From an uncultured Dehalococcoidales bacterium (lineage in GTDB: Bacteria > Chloroflexota > Dehalococcoidia > Lucifugimonadales > Lucifugimonadaceae): a stretch of DNA of 64,000 nt. The stretch is from assembly GCA_964491775.1 (NCBI GenBank), contig CAZBHC010000011.1, positions 5,056 through 69,055 on the forward strand. Reading direction: 5' to 3'. A model generated the notes under the pieces. The model saw nothing but the letters and a program-made list of their open reading frames with translations, had not been told where the DNA came from and did not search any database. The translations under genes and the position numbers were made by a program. Shown in pieces: positions 29,501 to 39,360 of this stretch (position 1 is the first letter of the stretch; each line of letters starts with the position of its first letter).

Positions 29501-31100
29501 GAGCAAAACCTTGTTTGAAATAAGAAAAGAGATTTTGAGGCTTATCAGATAAAACAGCTAATGGGGCATCATTTCCCATCGAGCCTTGGGGTTGATGTGC
29601 GGTAATTGCCATCGGTTTGATTAAGAAATCTAAATCTTCACGAGAATAACCAAAAACCATTTGTCTTGCAAGTAGACTTTTTTTATTAAATTTATGTTTA
29701 CTTTTAATTTTTGGGATTGAAGATAAAATTGATCTGTTTTTGTCTAACCATTTTCCATATGGTTTCTGAGAAGATAATTTTTCGATAACTTCTTCTGGTT
29801 CTATTATTCTCTTCTGTTTAAAATCAACAAGAAACATTTTTCCAGGCGCCAATCTAGATCTATATTTCACTTCAGATGGCTTGACGGGCAATACACCAGT
29901 TTCTGAAGACATGACCAATACATCTTTTTTTGTGACTAAAAATCTGAAAGGTCTTAAACCGTTTCTATCAAGTACAGCTCCCAAGGAATCTCCATCAGAA
30001 AAAACCACCATTGCAGGTCCATCCCATGGTTCCATTATGTTTCCATGATACTCATAAAAATCTTTATATTTTTTTTTCATATTTTCATGTCCAAACCACG
30101 CAGCAGGCATCATCATAGCAGCGACATGTTCAATAGACCTTCCAGTCATTTTTAATAATTCAAAAACATTATCTAAGGAGGCAGTATCTGACGGATTATC
30201 AGTTTCACAAATTGGGACTATTTTTTTTATATCATTTCCAAAATCTTTTGATTCAAGAGATTTTTCTCTTGATTGCATCCAATTTCTATTACCTCTAACT
30301 GTATTTATTTCTCCATTATGTGCTAAAAATCTATAAGGATGAGCAAATTTCCATGAACCTAATGTATTTGTAGAAAATCTTGAATGTACCAGTGAAAAAG
30401 CTGACATGTAATCTGAGTCTTCTAAATCTAGAAAAAAAGATCCTAACTGTTCAGCCATCAACATCCCCTTATAGACTATAGTCTTTGAAGATAATGAACA
30501 GGCATAAAAATACTTATCAAGATCTTGTATATTTTTTAAGTCACTAATTTTTTTTTCAATTGATTTTCTAACAATATATAGTTCTCTTTCTATATCATTG
30601 CCCTTTTTTTGTTTTGAGATGAATATTTGTTCAATACTAGGCATTAATGATTTTGCTGTGAGACCGATAGATTTATCATTTATTTCTACATTTCTCCAAC
30701 CAAGAATTTGAAATTCTTTTTCTATGAAAGTATTTTCTATAATTTCTTTACATAAATTATTTTGTTCATCATGATTAGGTAAGAAAAACATACCTACACC
30801 ATATTCACCTTGCGCAGGTAAAGAAATGTTATTTTTTTTAGTGATTTTATTGAAAAATTTATGTGGTATTTGAGTGAGCATTCCAGCGCCATCTCCTGTT
30901 TTAGGATCAGCTCCAGCAGCACCACGGTGTGATAAATTTTTTAAAACTGTTATACCTTGATTAATAATTTCGTGAGAAATATTCCCTTTTATGTTAGCTA
31001 CAACACCAACACCACAAGAATCATGTTCTAATTCTGGGATGTATAATCCTTTTTTTTCGATTTGTGTAAAATCAGGTATATTGTTTTTTTTCTGCTTCAA
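26511..31100 (-). CDS. gltB: glutamate synthase large subunit
   Basis: 1529 aa. Ntn-Cys EHDSCGVG. FMN and 3Fe-4S regions (LISPPPHHDIYSIEDL; GGTGASP). C-terminal GXGXG beta-helix. Overlaps the gltD start by 8 nt. Confidence 0.96.
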   Translation of the reverse strand: MKQKKNNIPDFTQIEKKGLYIPELEHDSCGVGVVANIKGNISHEIINQGITVLKNLSHRGAAGADPKTGDGAGMLTQIPHKFFNKITKKNNISLPAQGEYGVGMFFLPNHDEQNNLCKEIIENTFIEKEFQILGWRNVEINDKSIGLTAKSLMPSIEQIFISKQKKGNDIERELYIVRKSIEKKISDLKNIQDLDKYFYACSLSSKTIVYKGMLMAEQLGSFFLDLEDSDYMSAFSLVHSRFSTNTLGSWKFAHPYRFLAHNGEINTVRGNRNWMQSREKSLESKDFGNDIKKIVPICETDNPSDTASLDNVFELLKMTGRSIEHVAAMMMPAAWFGHENMKKKYKDFYEYHGNIMEPWDGPAMVVFSDGDSLGAVLDRNGLRPFRFLVTKKDVLVMSSETGVLPVKPSEVKYRSRLAPGKMFLVDFKQKRIIEPEEVIEKLSSQKPYGKWLDKNRSILSSIPKIKSKHKFNKKSLLARQMVFGYSREDLDFLIKPMAITAHQPQGSMGNDAPLAVLSDKPQNLFSYFKQGFAQVSNPPLDAIREKLVTQRSVPLGRRANIFEETSIHCKTLRIDHPILTNDELETIISSKIEGINTVTISTNFKINNGVNSLNKAIERIQKQAETAIKNGSTIIILSDRGIDENHSFIPSLLAVGSVHHYLIKKRIRSQADIIIESGEPREVHHFATLFGYGASAINPYLAYEAIEGLRVTSKQKKEIPGNKKSELNFREAIEEGIVKTMAKMGISTIQSYTGAQIFEALGLSKNLVEKYFTWTVSRIGGIGLEEIYKDLNFWHKNAFAEDNIPSNLKLDIGGLYLWRSNGERHMWKPETISLLQDSTKRNDKELFDRFEKESDNEGNQHISIRNMLELIYDNQIPIESVEPTKEIVKRFATGAISLGSISREAHETLAIATNRIDARSNTGEGGEDPDRFFKDDNGDSKSSAVKQVASGRFGVTTNYLVNAKDIQIKMAQGAKPGEGGEIPGKKISDYIAYIRKTTPGVELISPPPHHDIYSIEDLAQLIHDLKNVNNNARIHVKLVSVAGVGIIAAGVAKGKGDVVLISGDSGGTGASPLSSIRHAGLPWELGLAETHQVLVANGLRDRIVVQTDGQIKTSKDVAIAALLGAEEWGVATGALVAMGCIMLRKCHLNTCSVGVATQDPELRKLFKGTPDAVINYFMFLAENLRIHMAKMGFKTVNEMIGRVDKLYQRKNINHWKANKLDLSPLLYKPDVLSNDHTYCCENQDHQIDKALDNYILEKCKKSIDNKKTYFEKIKITNINRTVGSIISGYITKKYGESGLEENSINITFEGSAGQSFGAWLSKGVTFKLLGDSNDYFGKGLSGGRLIIMPDKESSYIAEKNVIIGNVALYGATGGEAFIRGTGGERFCVRNSSATAVIEGVGDHGCEYMTGGRVVILGDTGRNFAAGMSGGVAYIWDPDNKFSGNFNGELCDLLDVKEKSDTTELKKIIKNHHFYTQSEVAEKILNSWEESIKQFKKILPREYAKIINSQSKNGTSKKQIINNEKVIING

Positions 31101-31129
31101 TTAGTATTTCCTAAATATTTATTGCTAAA

Positions 31130-32476
31130 TTATAGAAATAGATATTTGTTTCTTTCGTAATCTGTTACTGAACTAGAAAAATCTTCCCATTCAATTTTTT
31201 TATTTTCTATGAATATATTTTTTAATGGGTTTCCGAAACATTTGGATATTAATTCGCTCTCTTCAGCTAGAAGAATAGCTTCATTCAGCGTCTTTGGTAA
31301 AAATTTAATTCCAAACTTATTTAAATCCTTAGTACTCATATCTGATAAATTTTTAGTGATTGGTTTTGGTAATTCATATTTTTCTTCAATACCTTTTAAT
31401 CCTGCAGCTAGAATAATTGAAAAAGTAAGATATGGGTTTGTGGCAGAATCTGGTAGCCTATATTCTATCCTAACACTTTCTTCCCTACCAGGTCTATAAG
31501 AAGGAATTCTAATTAAACTATTCATATCACCTATGGTCCAAGAAGCTAGCACTGGGGCTTCTATTCCTGGCGTTAATCTCTTATAGGAATTTATCCATTG
31601 GTTTGTGATTAAGCATATTTCTGGGCTATGTTTAATTAGACCTGCGAAGAAATTTTTTCCTAGAGAGGATAATTCGTTTGGATTTTTTGGATTATAGAAA
31701 ATATTTTTATCTCCCTCGAAGAGAGAAATATTTGTATGCATTCCTGATCCGTTATGATCTTGATGTGGTCTAGGCATAAAAGAAGCGTAATAACCTAATT
31801 TGGAAGCAATTTCTTTTGCAGCTAATCTAAAAGTAATTACTGAATCAGCCATAGTTAATGCGTTAGTATGCCTAAGATCAATTTCTTGTTGAGCATTTGC
31901 TCCTTCATGATGACTATGTTTTACTGGAATTCCCATTGATTCAATAGATAGTACAGTTTCTCTTCTAAGGTCAGAACTAATAGAATCAACTGAAGATTGA
32001 TCAAAATATCCAGAGTGATCGTTGAGGAAAGTTTTTGTTTCAGGGTTAATATAATAATATTCTATTTCAGGAGCTACGTAGTAATTCAATCCTAGTTTAG
32101 AGCATTTGGCTATAGTATTTTTTAAGATATTTCTTGAATCATATTCTGATTGACTACCATCGGGGTTATTAATATCACAAAAAAGTCTTCCAACTGAATT
32201 TTCAGATGGTCTCCAAGGTAAGATTTGCCAAGTGGAAGAGTCAGGTAACGCTATCATGTCAGATTCATCAGATCTAGCGTTAGCCTTTATGACTGCACCA
32301 TCAAAACTTGCACCATTATTTAATACCTCTTCTAACTCGTCAACTGTAATTGCGAACCCTTTAAGGTTGCCTAGGATATCAGTAAACCAAAGTCTAATGA
32401 ATTTAACTCCATTTTCATGAGCAGAGAATGCTACGTATCTATTTGCTTTTTCTTGTTCTTTCAAAATAAAATCCAA
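31130..32476 (-). CDS. glnA: glutamine synthetase, type I
   Basis: FTDILGNLKG, PEIEYY, HHEGANAQQEID and NGSGMHTNISL motifs. Confidence 0.92.
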   Translation of the reverse strand: MDFILKEQEKANRYVAFSAHENGVKFIRLWFTDILGNLKGFAITVDELEEVLNNGASFDGAVIKANARSDESDMIALPDSSTWQILPWRPSENSVGRLFCDINNPDGSQSEYDSRNILKNTIAKCSKLGLNYYVAPEIEYYYINPETKTFLNDHSGYFDQSSVDSISSDLRRETVLSIESMGIPVKHSHHEGANAQQEIDLRHTNALTMADSVITFRLAAKEIASKLGYYASFMPRPHQDHNGSGMHTNISLFEGDKNIFYNPKNPNELSSLGKNFFAGLIKHSPEICLITNQWINSYKRLTPGIEAPVLASWTIGDMNSLIRIPSYRPGREESVRIEYRLPDSATNPYLTFSIILAAGLKGIEEKYELPKPITKNLSDMSTKDLNKFGIKFLPKTLNEAILLAEESELISKCFGNPLKNIFIENKKIEWEDFSSSVTDYERNKYLFL

Positions 32477-32486
32477 TATTTGATTT

Positions 32487-33179
32487 TCATTTGTACTCTA
32501 TACTCCTAAACCTGTAACCTACATTCCATTGAGTTTGAATGAATTGATTTTTTATGTCATCAATTTTACTTCGTATTCTCCGAATGTGAACATCAACTGT
32601 TCTGGTACCTCCAAAATAATCATCAGACCAAATTTCTTCAAGTAGAGCTTCGCGCGAAAATACTCTACCTGGGTTAGAAGCTAAATATTTTAGTAACTCA
32701 TATTCTTTAAAGGTAAAATTTAATTTACTATCATCTAACCATACTTCATATTTATCTAAATTTATAGTTAAATTTTCGAAATAAATTGAGTTATTAATGT
32801 GTAAAGATTTGATTTTTCTTTGATACGAAATTTCGAGTCGTTTTTTTATCTCTAAAGCATCCACAGGATGAAAACATAATTCTATATTAGTTTCAGAAAT
32901 ATCAAATTCATAAGATTGAGATTTTGATGAGACAATTACTTTAGGGAATTCATTTTTGTAAATTAGTTCGGAAAATGATTTAGTGAAATTAGGGTTATTT
33001 GTTATAGTGTCGTAATCAATAATTATTCCGTGAGTATTTTGTAATTCATTTAAATCTAAATCTTCATTTCCATTTAAATGTATTACCTCGTTTTTTTTAA
33101 AAGTATCATTGATTTGACTTATCAATGTTTTTTGACTCTTATTATTGAATCCTATTATAAAAATATTATCTTTTGGCAT
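32487..33179 (-). CDS. OmpR/PhoB-type winged-helix regulator with a degenerate (pseudo-)receiver domain; GlnR-like by context
   Basis: The C-terminus FKEYELLKYLASNPGRVFSREALLEEIW....TRTVDVHIRRIRSKI...VGYRF is a Trans_reg_C domain. The N-terminal about 120 aa has REC-like topology but lacks the acidic pair after beta1 (IFIIGFNNKS), and the beta5 Lys position reads HP. Confidence 0.75.
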   Translation of the reverse strand: MPKDNIFIIGFNNKSQKTLISQINDTFKKNEVIHLNGNEDLDLNELQNTHGIIIDYDTITNNPNFTKSFSELIYKNEFPKVIVSSKSQSYEFDISETNIELCFHPVDALEIKKRLEISYQRKIKSLHINNSIYFENLTINLDKYEVWLDDSKLNFTFKEYELLKYLASNPGRVFSREALLEEIWSDDYFGGTRTVDVHIRRIRSKIDDIKNQFIQTQWNVGYRFRSIEYK

Positions 33180-33304
33180 ATCCGAATAAAATTGTTATAA
33201 AAATTACTGAAAAAACTTTCCCATTATTGAGGTGTTTTTAATAAAAATAGGTAATTAATTATATATTTATATTAAAAAGATAAAGATATAATCGTCTTAT
33301 TACA

Positions 33305-33334
33305 TTGACTATATTTATTAAATATTAATATAAT
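33305..33334 (+). promoter_or_regulatory. candidate sigma70-type promoter of the rpsL (str/S10/spc/alpha) cluster
   Basis: TTGACT (33305-33310), an 18-nt spacer, then TATAAT (33329-33334), about 65 nt upstream of the rpsL start. The AT-rich background makes chance matches likely. Confidence 0.35.
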
Positions 33335-33398
33335 TAATGTTTGCCGACTTTAATTGTTAGTGTTTTTCTAACCTAATTTTGTAATTCCGGAGTTTAAT

Positions 33399-33812
33399 TT
33401 GCCAACAGTGAATCAACTTGTCAGAAAATCGCGGAAAAGTAAGAGGCGTAAGCCAAGTACTCCTGCGTTAAGATGGTCTTTTAACTCCCTTAAATTGACT
33501 AATTCATTTTTAAAGAAGGGAAGTCCTCAAAAAAGAGGAGTATGTTTGCAGGTTAGAACTATAACACCTAAAAAACCAAATTCAGCACTAAGAAAAATTG
33601 CTAGAGTTCGTTTAACAAATGGTATGGAAGTTACAGCCTATATACCAGGTGAAGGTCATAATTTACAAGAACACTCTGTTGTTCTCCTACGCGGAGGTAA
33701 GGTACCTGATTTACCTGGAGTTAGATATACGATTATTAGAGGTTCGCTTGATACAGCTGGTGTAGATGGTAGAAAGAATGGAAGAAGTAAGTATGGTGCA
33801 CAAAAATCCTAA
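33399..33812 (+). CDS. rpsL: 30S ribosomal protein S12
   Basis: TTG start with GGAG 9 nt upstream. (M)PTVNQLVRK and KKPNSALRK motifs. Confidence 0.97.
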   Translation: MPTVNQLVRKSRKSKRRKPSTPALRWSFNSLKLTNSFLKKGSPQKRGVCLQVRTITPKKPNSALRKIARVRLTNGMEVTAYIPGEGHNLQEHSVVLLRGGKVPDLPGVRYTIIRGSLDTAGVDGRKNGRSKYGAQKS

Positions 33813-33839
33813 TCCACGCTTGAGGTTAATAAACTAATC

Positions 33840-34310
33840 ATGTCTAGAAGACGCCAATCTGAAAAAAGAAAAATTTCTCCTGATCCAATTTATGGAAGCG
33901 TTGATATTGAAAAATTTACCAATCGATTGATGAAAGGTGGTAAAAAATCTATTGCTCGTAAGGCTCTTTATGATGCGATGGAAAAAATTAAAGAAACTAC
34001 TGAAAAGTCAGGTTTAGAGGTTTTTGAACAGGCAGTTAAAAATGCAACACCTATCTTAGAAGTTAAGCCTAGGCGAGTGGGAGGAGCAACATATCAGGTT
34101 CCAGTAGAAATTCGTCCTGATAGAAGATTAGCTCTCGCTCATAGGTGGCTTATTATAGCAGCTAGGTCTAGATCTGGACGATCTATTTCGGAAAATTTAT
34201 CTCAGGAGTTTATAGATGCATCTAATGGTACTGGTTCTGCTATAAGACGTAGAGAAGAGGTTCACAGAATGGCTGAAGCGAATAGAGCTTTTGCACATTA
34301 TAGGTGGTGA
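33840..34310 (+). CDS. rpsG: 30S ribosomal protein S7
   Basis: MSRRRQSEKR..PDPIYGS, GGATYQVPVE, and ends AHYRW. Confidence 0.97.
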   Translation: MSRRRQSEKRKISPDPIYGSVDIEKFTNRLMKGGKKSIARKALYDAMEKIKETTEKSGLEVFEQAVKNATPILEVKPRRVGGATYQVPVEIRPDRRLALAHRWLIIAARSRSGRSISENLSQEFIDASNGTGSAIRRREEVHRMAEANRAFAHYRW

Positions 34311-34319
34311 TACTAGCAA

Positions 34320-36377
34320 ATGAATAATTTAGAAAAAGTTAGAAATATCGGATTTATTGCTCATATTGATGCTGGTAAAACTACTGTGACAGAAAGAGTT
34401 TTATATTTTACAGGAGAAACCTACAAAATTGGTGATATAGATGATGGTACTACTGTTATGGATTTTATGTCTCTGGAAAGAGAGAGAGGGATAACTATTG
34501 GTTCAGCAGCTACTAATGCTAAATGGAATGACTACCAAGTCAATATTATTGATACTCCAGGCCACGTAGATTTTACAGCGGAAGTTGAAAGAAGTTTAAG
34601 GGTTTTAGATGGCGGAGTAGTTGTTCTTGAATCTGTTTCTGGAGTGCAGCCTCAATCGGAAACAGTATGGAGACAAGCAGACAAACACGGTGTGCCACGT
34701 TTAATTTTCGTTAATAAAATGGATCGTTTAGGTGCGGATTTCGATTTTGCTGTACAGACTGTGAAAGATCGTTTAGGTGCTAATGCTGTACCTATTCAAA
34801 TACCAATTGGAGCGGAATCAGAATTTACTGGGATGATAGATATTATTAGCCAAAAAGCTTATGTTTATGATGGAAGCGATGCCACAAATCACAAAGTTGT
34901 TGAAGTACCCGATGAATATTCTGATAAAGTATCAGAGCTAAGACAACAACTGATCGAAAAGGTTGCAGAATTTGATGAAGATTTAATGCTAAATTTTCTT
35001 GAAGATAAAGAAATAACAATTGAGTCTATTAAATTGGCACTAAGAAAAGGTGTATTAAGTTTAGAGATTTTTCCTGTTTTGGTGGGGTCTGCTTTGAAAC
35101 ACAAAGGTATACATCCGTTACTTGATGCAGTTATTGATTATTTACCATCACCAGTAGATGTTCCTCCAGTAAGTGGAGTTGATCCTAAAAATGAGGAAAC
35201 AAAACTGGATAGAAAGGCTACTACCGAAGATCCATTGAGTGCATTGGCTTTTAAGGTGGTAACAGATCAACATGTAGGTAGATTAGTTTATTTGCGTGTT
35301 TATTCAGGTAAATTAGAACCGGGAATTAATGTATTAAATACAAGTAGTAGAAACAGGGAACGAGTCGGTAGATTAATGGTTATGCATGCTGATTCTAGAG
35401 AAGATGTTCCGGTTGCAGGTCCAGGAGAAATTGTAGCAGCGATAGGTCTAAAAAATACCGTTACTGGTCAGACATTATGTGATCCAAATAGTCCGATAGC
35501 ACTAGAATCAATTACTTTTCCGGACCCTGTTTTGTCTGTTGCAGTTGAGCCTAAAACCAGATCAGATCAAGATAAGATGACAAATGCTCTAACTAGATTA
35601 GTTGATGAAGATCCAACACTTCAGGCGAGTACTGACGATGAAACTGCTCAAGTGATTCTAGCAGGAATGGGAGAATTGCATCTTGACGTGATTATTGAAC
35701 GTATGAGAAGAGAATTTAATGTTGACGCTACAGTTGGTGCACCTAGAGTAGCTTATAGAGAGACCGCTACAAAAACAGCTAATGCACAGGGTAAATTTAT
35801 AAGACAATCTGGAGGAAGGGGTCAATATGGAGATTGTACTCTCAGGATAGAGCCACTTGAACCAGGTAGTGGTATTTTATTTGAAAGTGAAATAACTGGA
35901 TCAACTTTACCTACAGAATATTTTCGACCAATAGAGCAAGGTTATCGTGAGGCTGCTCAAAGTGGATTTTTGGCTGGTTATCCAGTAGTGGATGTAAAGG
36001 CAGTTTTGATTGATGGGTCTCATCATGATGTTGATTCTTCAGAGATGGCATTTAAAGTCGCAGCGTCGATGGCTTTTAAATCAGCTATGAATAAGGCATC
36101 AGCGGTAATGCTAGAGCCTATAATGAACATTGAAGTTGTAACACCTGAAGAGTTTTTAGGTGATGTGATTGGAGATTTAAATTCTAGAAGAGCTCAAGTC
36201 CAAAGTATGGAAGCTCGTGGAAAAGTACAAGTTGTAAAAGCATTTATTCCTTTAGCAGAAACATTTCAGTATGCTACAAGACTTAGATCGCTCACGACAG
36301 GCAGAGCCAGTTTTTCTATGGAGATGGATCATTATTCACGTGTTCCAAAAGTTATTTTTGAGAAAGTTGTAAATTAG
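34320..36377 (+). CDS. fusA: elongation factor G
   Basis: [17 protein letters not shown] and NKMD G-motifs. 685 aa. Confidence 0.97.
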   Translation: MNNLEKVRNIGFIAHIDAGKTTVTERVLYFTGETYKIGDIDDGTTVMDFMSLERERGITIGSAATNAKWNDYQVNIIDTPGHVDFTAEVERSLRVLDGGVVVLESVSGVQPQSETVWRQADKHGVPRLIFVNKMDRLGADFDFAVQTVKDRLGANAVPIQIPIGAESEFTGMIDIISQKAYVYDGSDATNHKVVEVPDEYSDKVSELRQQLIEKVAEFDEDLMLNFLEDKEITIESIKLALRKGVLSLEIFPVLVGSALKHKGIHPLLDAVIDYLPSPVDVPPVSGVDPKNEETKLDRKATTEDPLSALAFKVVTDQHVGRLVYLRVYSGKLEPGINVLNTSSRNRERVGRLMVMHADSREDVPVAGPGEIVAAIGLKNTVTGQTLCDPNSPIALESITFPDPVLSVAVEPKTRSDQDKMTNALTRLVDEDPTLQASTDDETAQVILAGMGELHLDVIIERMRREFNVDATVGAPRVAYRETATKTANAQGKFIRQSGGRGQYGDCTLRIEPLEPGSGILFESEITGSTLPTEYFRPIEQGYREAAQSGFLAGYPVVDVKAVLIDGSHHDVDSSEMAFKVAASMAFKSAMNKASAVMLEPIMNIEVVTPEEFLGDVIGDLNSRRAQVQSMEARGKVQVVKAFIPLAETFQYATRLRSLTTGRASFSMEMDHYSRVPKVIFEKVVN

Positions 36378-36379
36378 AT

Positions 36380-36688
36380 ATGCCAGGACAAAAAGTTAGA
36401 ATAGTTCTTAAGTCGTTTGATCACAGGGTATTAGATATATCTACCCAGCAGATTTTAGATACTGCTGCACAGACTGGTGCTCAGGTTGCAGGACCGGTAC
36501 CAATGCCTACTTCAAAAAGAAGATTTACTGTTCTTAGATCTCCACATGTAAATAAAGATTCTAGAGAATATTTTGAATTACGTGTACACAAAAGAATTAT
36601 GGATATATTAGAACCTAGTCCGAAAACCATTGACTCTCTGACTAAATTAAATGTTCCGGCTGGTGTGGATATTTCAATTAAGTTGTAA
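36380..36688 (+). CDS. rpsJ: 30S ribosomal protein S10
   Basis: [15 protein letters not shown]...[16 protein letters not shown]. Starts 2 nt after the fusA stop. Confidence 0.97.
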   Translation: MPGQKVRIVLKSFDHRVLDISTQQILDTAAQTGAQVAGPVPMPTSKRRFTVLRSPHVNKDSREYFELRVHKRIMDILEPSPKTIDSLTKLNVPAGVDISIKL

Positions 36689-36705
36689 TTGATGAGGTTA
36701 TTTTT

Positions 36706-37326
36706 ATGAGTATAAATGGATTAATTGGAAAAAAAATATCAATGACAACACATTTTGAAGAAGATGGTTCTTCTAATGCTGCGACTATTGTTAAATTGGG
36801 TCCTTGTGTAGTTACTCAAGTAAAAACAGAACCAAAGGATGGTTATCAAGCAGCTCAGATAGGATTCATGGATGTCGAAAAAATTAATAAACCTAAATCT
36901 GGGCATTTAGCTAGATCTCAAGGTAAATTTCGCTTCTTAAGAGAATTTCTATCCGTCGATTTATCTGATATAGAAGTTGGACAAGAAATTAAATCTGACT
37001 TGTTTAAATTAGGAGATTTAGTTAAGGTAACTGGAATTTCTAAAGGAAGAGGTTTTTCTGGTGCGGTAAGGAGATATAATTTTAAGGGAGGTCCCAAAAC
37101 TCATGGACAATCTGATAGACATAGAGCTGTTGGATCTATAGGTGCTGGCTCTTCACCAGGTAGAGTTTGGAAGGGGACAAGAATGCCGGGGCATTATGGA
37201 GTAGATAAAGTTACTGTAAGGGGTCTGAAAATAATCCATATTGATTCTACTCAGGATATTGTATACGTAAGCGGTGCTTTACCAGGTTCAAAAAATGGGT
37301 TATTGATTGTTGAGAAGCAGTTTTAA
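36706..37326 (+). CDS. rplC: 50S ribosomal protein L3
   Basis: GLIGKKISMT, GISKGRGFSG and PKTHGQSDRHRAVGSIG. Confidence 0.96.
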   Translation: MSINGLIGKKISMTTHFEEDGSSNAATIVKLGPCVVTQVKTEPKDGYQAAQIGFMDVEKINKPKSGHLARSQGKFRFLREFLSVDLSDIEVGQEIKSDLFKLGDLVKVTGISKGRGFSGAVRRYNFKGGPKTHGQSDRHRAVGSIGAGSSPGRVWKGTRMPGHYGVDKVTVRGLKIIHIDSTQDIVYVSGALPGSKNGLLIVEKQF

Positions 37327-37327
37327 A

Positions 37328-37960
37328 ATGAAAATGCAAGTTATAAAATTAAATAGCAAAAGTAAAACTCAAAGTTCAGTATCTGCGAGCGATTATGTTT
37401 GGTCCGTAGACCATAATTCAAGTGTTTTGCATCAGTCAATTGTTGCGTATTTAGCAAACAAACGTCATGGTACCCATGATACAAAAACTAGAGCAGAAGT
37501 AATTTATTCTACTAGAAAAATAAGAGCGCAAAAAGGTACAGGTAATGCTAGGTTGGGTAGTAGAAGATCACCTACTTTGATAGGTGGTGGTGTAGCTCAT
37601 GGACCTCATCCACGTTCATATAGACAGAAATTACCTAAGAAGATGAAACGTCTTGCATTGAGGGTGTCTTTGTCCGATAAAGTACGATCAAAGAATCTTT
37701 TTGTCCTAGATAAAATGGTTTTTACAACTATTAACATTTCAAATATTAAATCTTTAATCGATGGATTAGATATTAAAGGTTCAGTTTTAATAATTACTGA
37801 AAATACTGATCATAATATAATAAAATCCGCAAGAAATTTACATGGAGTGGAGGTGATACCGGCTGCTCTACTGAATGCTTTAGATATTTCTATGAAAGAA
37901 AATATATTGACTACTAAGGATGTTATTAAAAAAATAGACTTAATTTGGGGAGAGGGTTAA
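37328..37960 (+). CDS. rplD: 50S ribosomal protein L4
   Basis: In-frame ATG 37328 lies just after the rplC stop; the ORF-track start at 37307 overlaps rplC. KIRAQKGTGNAR.GS.RSP...GGGVAHGP motif. Confidence 0.93.
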   Translation: MKMQVIKLNSKSKTQSSVSASDYVWSVDHNSSVLHQSIVAYLANKRHGTHDTKTRAEVIYSTRKIRAQKGTGNARLGSRRSPTLIGGGVAHGPHPRSYRQKLPKKMKRLALRVSLSDKVRSKNLFVLDKMVFTTINISNIKSLIDGLDIKGSVLIITENTDHNIIKSARNLHGVEVIPAALLNALDISMKENILTTKDVIKKIDLIWGEG

Positions 37961-37963
37961 TTT

Positions 37964-38248
37964 ATGGATTATTCTGATATATTAATTCGTCCTTTGGTTA
38001 CTGAGAAATCTACTATTCAAGGTGAATCTGGGAAGTATGTTTTCGAAGTTTCAAAATCTGCTACTAAAAAACAGATTTTATCAGCAGTAGAATGGGCTTT
38101 TGAAGTTCGAGTTCTAAGTGTTAATGTTATTAACATTAGAGGTAAAACAAAACAATATGGTGGGCGCCCTACTCGAAGACCTGATTGGAAAAAAGCGATT
38201 GTTAAGTTAGCTGAAGGTGATTCTATTCAGCTTTTTGAGGGGGCATAA
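37964..38248 (+). CDS. rplW: 50S ribosomal protein L23
   Basis: ILIRPLVTEKST...YVFEV. Synteny. Confidence 0.95.
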   Translation: MDYSDILIRPLVTEKSTIQGESGKYVFEVSKSATKKQILSAVEWAFEVRVLSVNVINIRGKTKQYGGRPTRRPDWKKAIVKLAEGDSIQLFEGA

Positions 38249-38249
38249 G

Positions 38250-39071
38250 GTGGCATTAAAAGTTCATAAATCTACGTCTCCCGGAAGAAGAGATTCTGTA
38301 TCTACAGATTTTAGTGATATTACTAAAAATAAACCTGAAAAATCACTTTTGGCTCCATTATTAAAAAAGGGTGGACGAAATAATCGAGGGCGCATAACTG
38401 TTAGACATAGAGGTGGTGGACATAAACGTCGTTATAGAATTATAGATTTTGATAGACGAAAGAATGGTCAAGCTGAGGTTTTATCTATTGAATATGATCC
38501 AAATAGAACAGCTAGGATTTCTCTGATTAGATATGAAGATGGTAAAAAAAGTTATATCGTTGCTCCTAATAATTTAAAAGTAGGACAGAAAATAATTAAT
38601 GATAGTTCTGAAAATTATCAAATAGGTAATTCTATGTATCTTTCTGATATTCCGACTGGAACTCTTGTTCATAATATTGAAATCAATCCAGGAAAAGGTG
38701 GTCAGTTAGTTAAAAGCGCAGGAACTGTTGCGCAGGTAATGGCGCATGAAGGCGGATATACTTTATTAAGATTACCTTCAGGAGAAATGCGTAGGATAAT
38801 AAATAAATGTAAAGCAACTATTGGTCAAGTTTCTAACTTAGATCATAAAAACCAGAAGCTTGGTAAGGCAGGTCGTAATCGACATAGAGGTAGAAGGCCA
38901 ACTGTAAGGGGTTCTGTGATGAGTCCTGCGGCACATCCACATGGTGGTGGAGAAGGTAGAAGTGGTATAGGTATGCCAGGGCCTAAGACTCCGTGGGGTA
39001 AACCTGCTTTAGGTGCTAGAACTAGAAGAAACAAAAGAAGTAATTCTTTAATATTGAGGAGGCGCAGATAA
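38250..39071 (+). CDS. rplB: 50S ribosomal protein L2
   Basis: In-frame GTG 38250 gives (M)ALKVHKSTSPGRR. Also RHRGGGHKR and SVMSPAAHPHGGGEGR. Confidence 0.95.
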   Translation: MALKVHKSTSPGRRDSVSTDFSDITKNKPEKSLLAPLLKKGGRNNRGRITVRHRGGGHKRRYRIIDFDRRKNGQAEVLSIEYDPNRTARISLIRYEDGKKSYIVAPNNLKVGQKIINDSSENYQIGNSMYLSDIPTGTLVHNIEINPGKGGQLVKSAGTVAQVMAHEGGYTLLRLPSGEMRRIINKCKATIGQVSNLDHKNQKLGKAGRNRHRGRRPTVRGSVMSPAAHPHGGGEGRSGIGMPGPKTPWGKPALGARTRRNKRSNSLILRRRR

Positions 39072-39088
39072 TGTGTATCAATTCTTAG

Positions 39089-39352
39089 ATGAGTAGATCT
39101 ATAAAGAAAGGCCCTTACGTCAGCCCAAAATTATTAAAAAAAATTTTGGATGCACGTAATTCAGGATCTAATAAACCTATTAAGACTTGGGAAAGAGGTT
39201 CAATGGTGATGCCTGAGATGGTGGGTATTACATTCGCAATACATGATGGAAGAAAATTTTTACCTGTTTTAATTACTGAAAATATGGTTGGACATAGGTT
39301 AGGAGAATTTGCTCCTACTAGAAATTTTAGAGGCCATTCTAGGAATATTTAG
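39089..39352 (+). CDS. rpsS: 30S ribosomal protein S19
   Basis: [11 protein letters not shown]...[25 protein letters not shown]. Confidence 0.97.
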   Translation: MSRSIKKGPYVSPKLLKKILDARNSGSNKPIKTWERGSMVMPEMVGITFAIHDGRKFLPVLITENMVGHRLGEFAPTRNFRGHSRNI

Positions 39353-39360
39353 GGATAATT

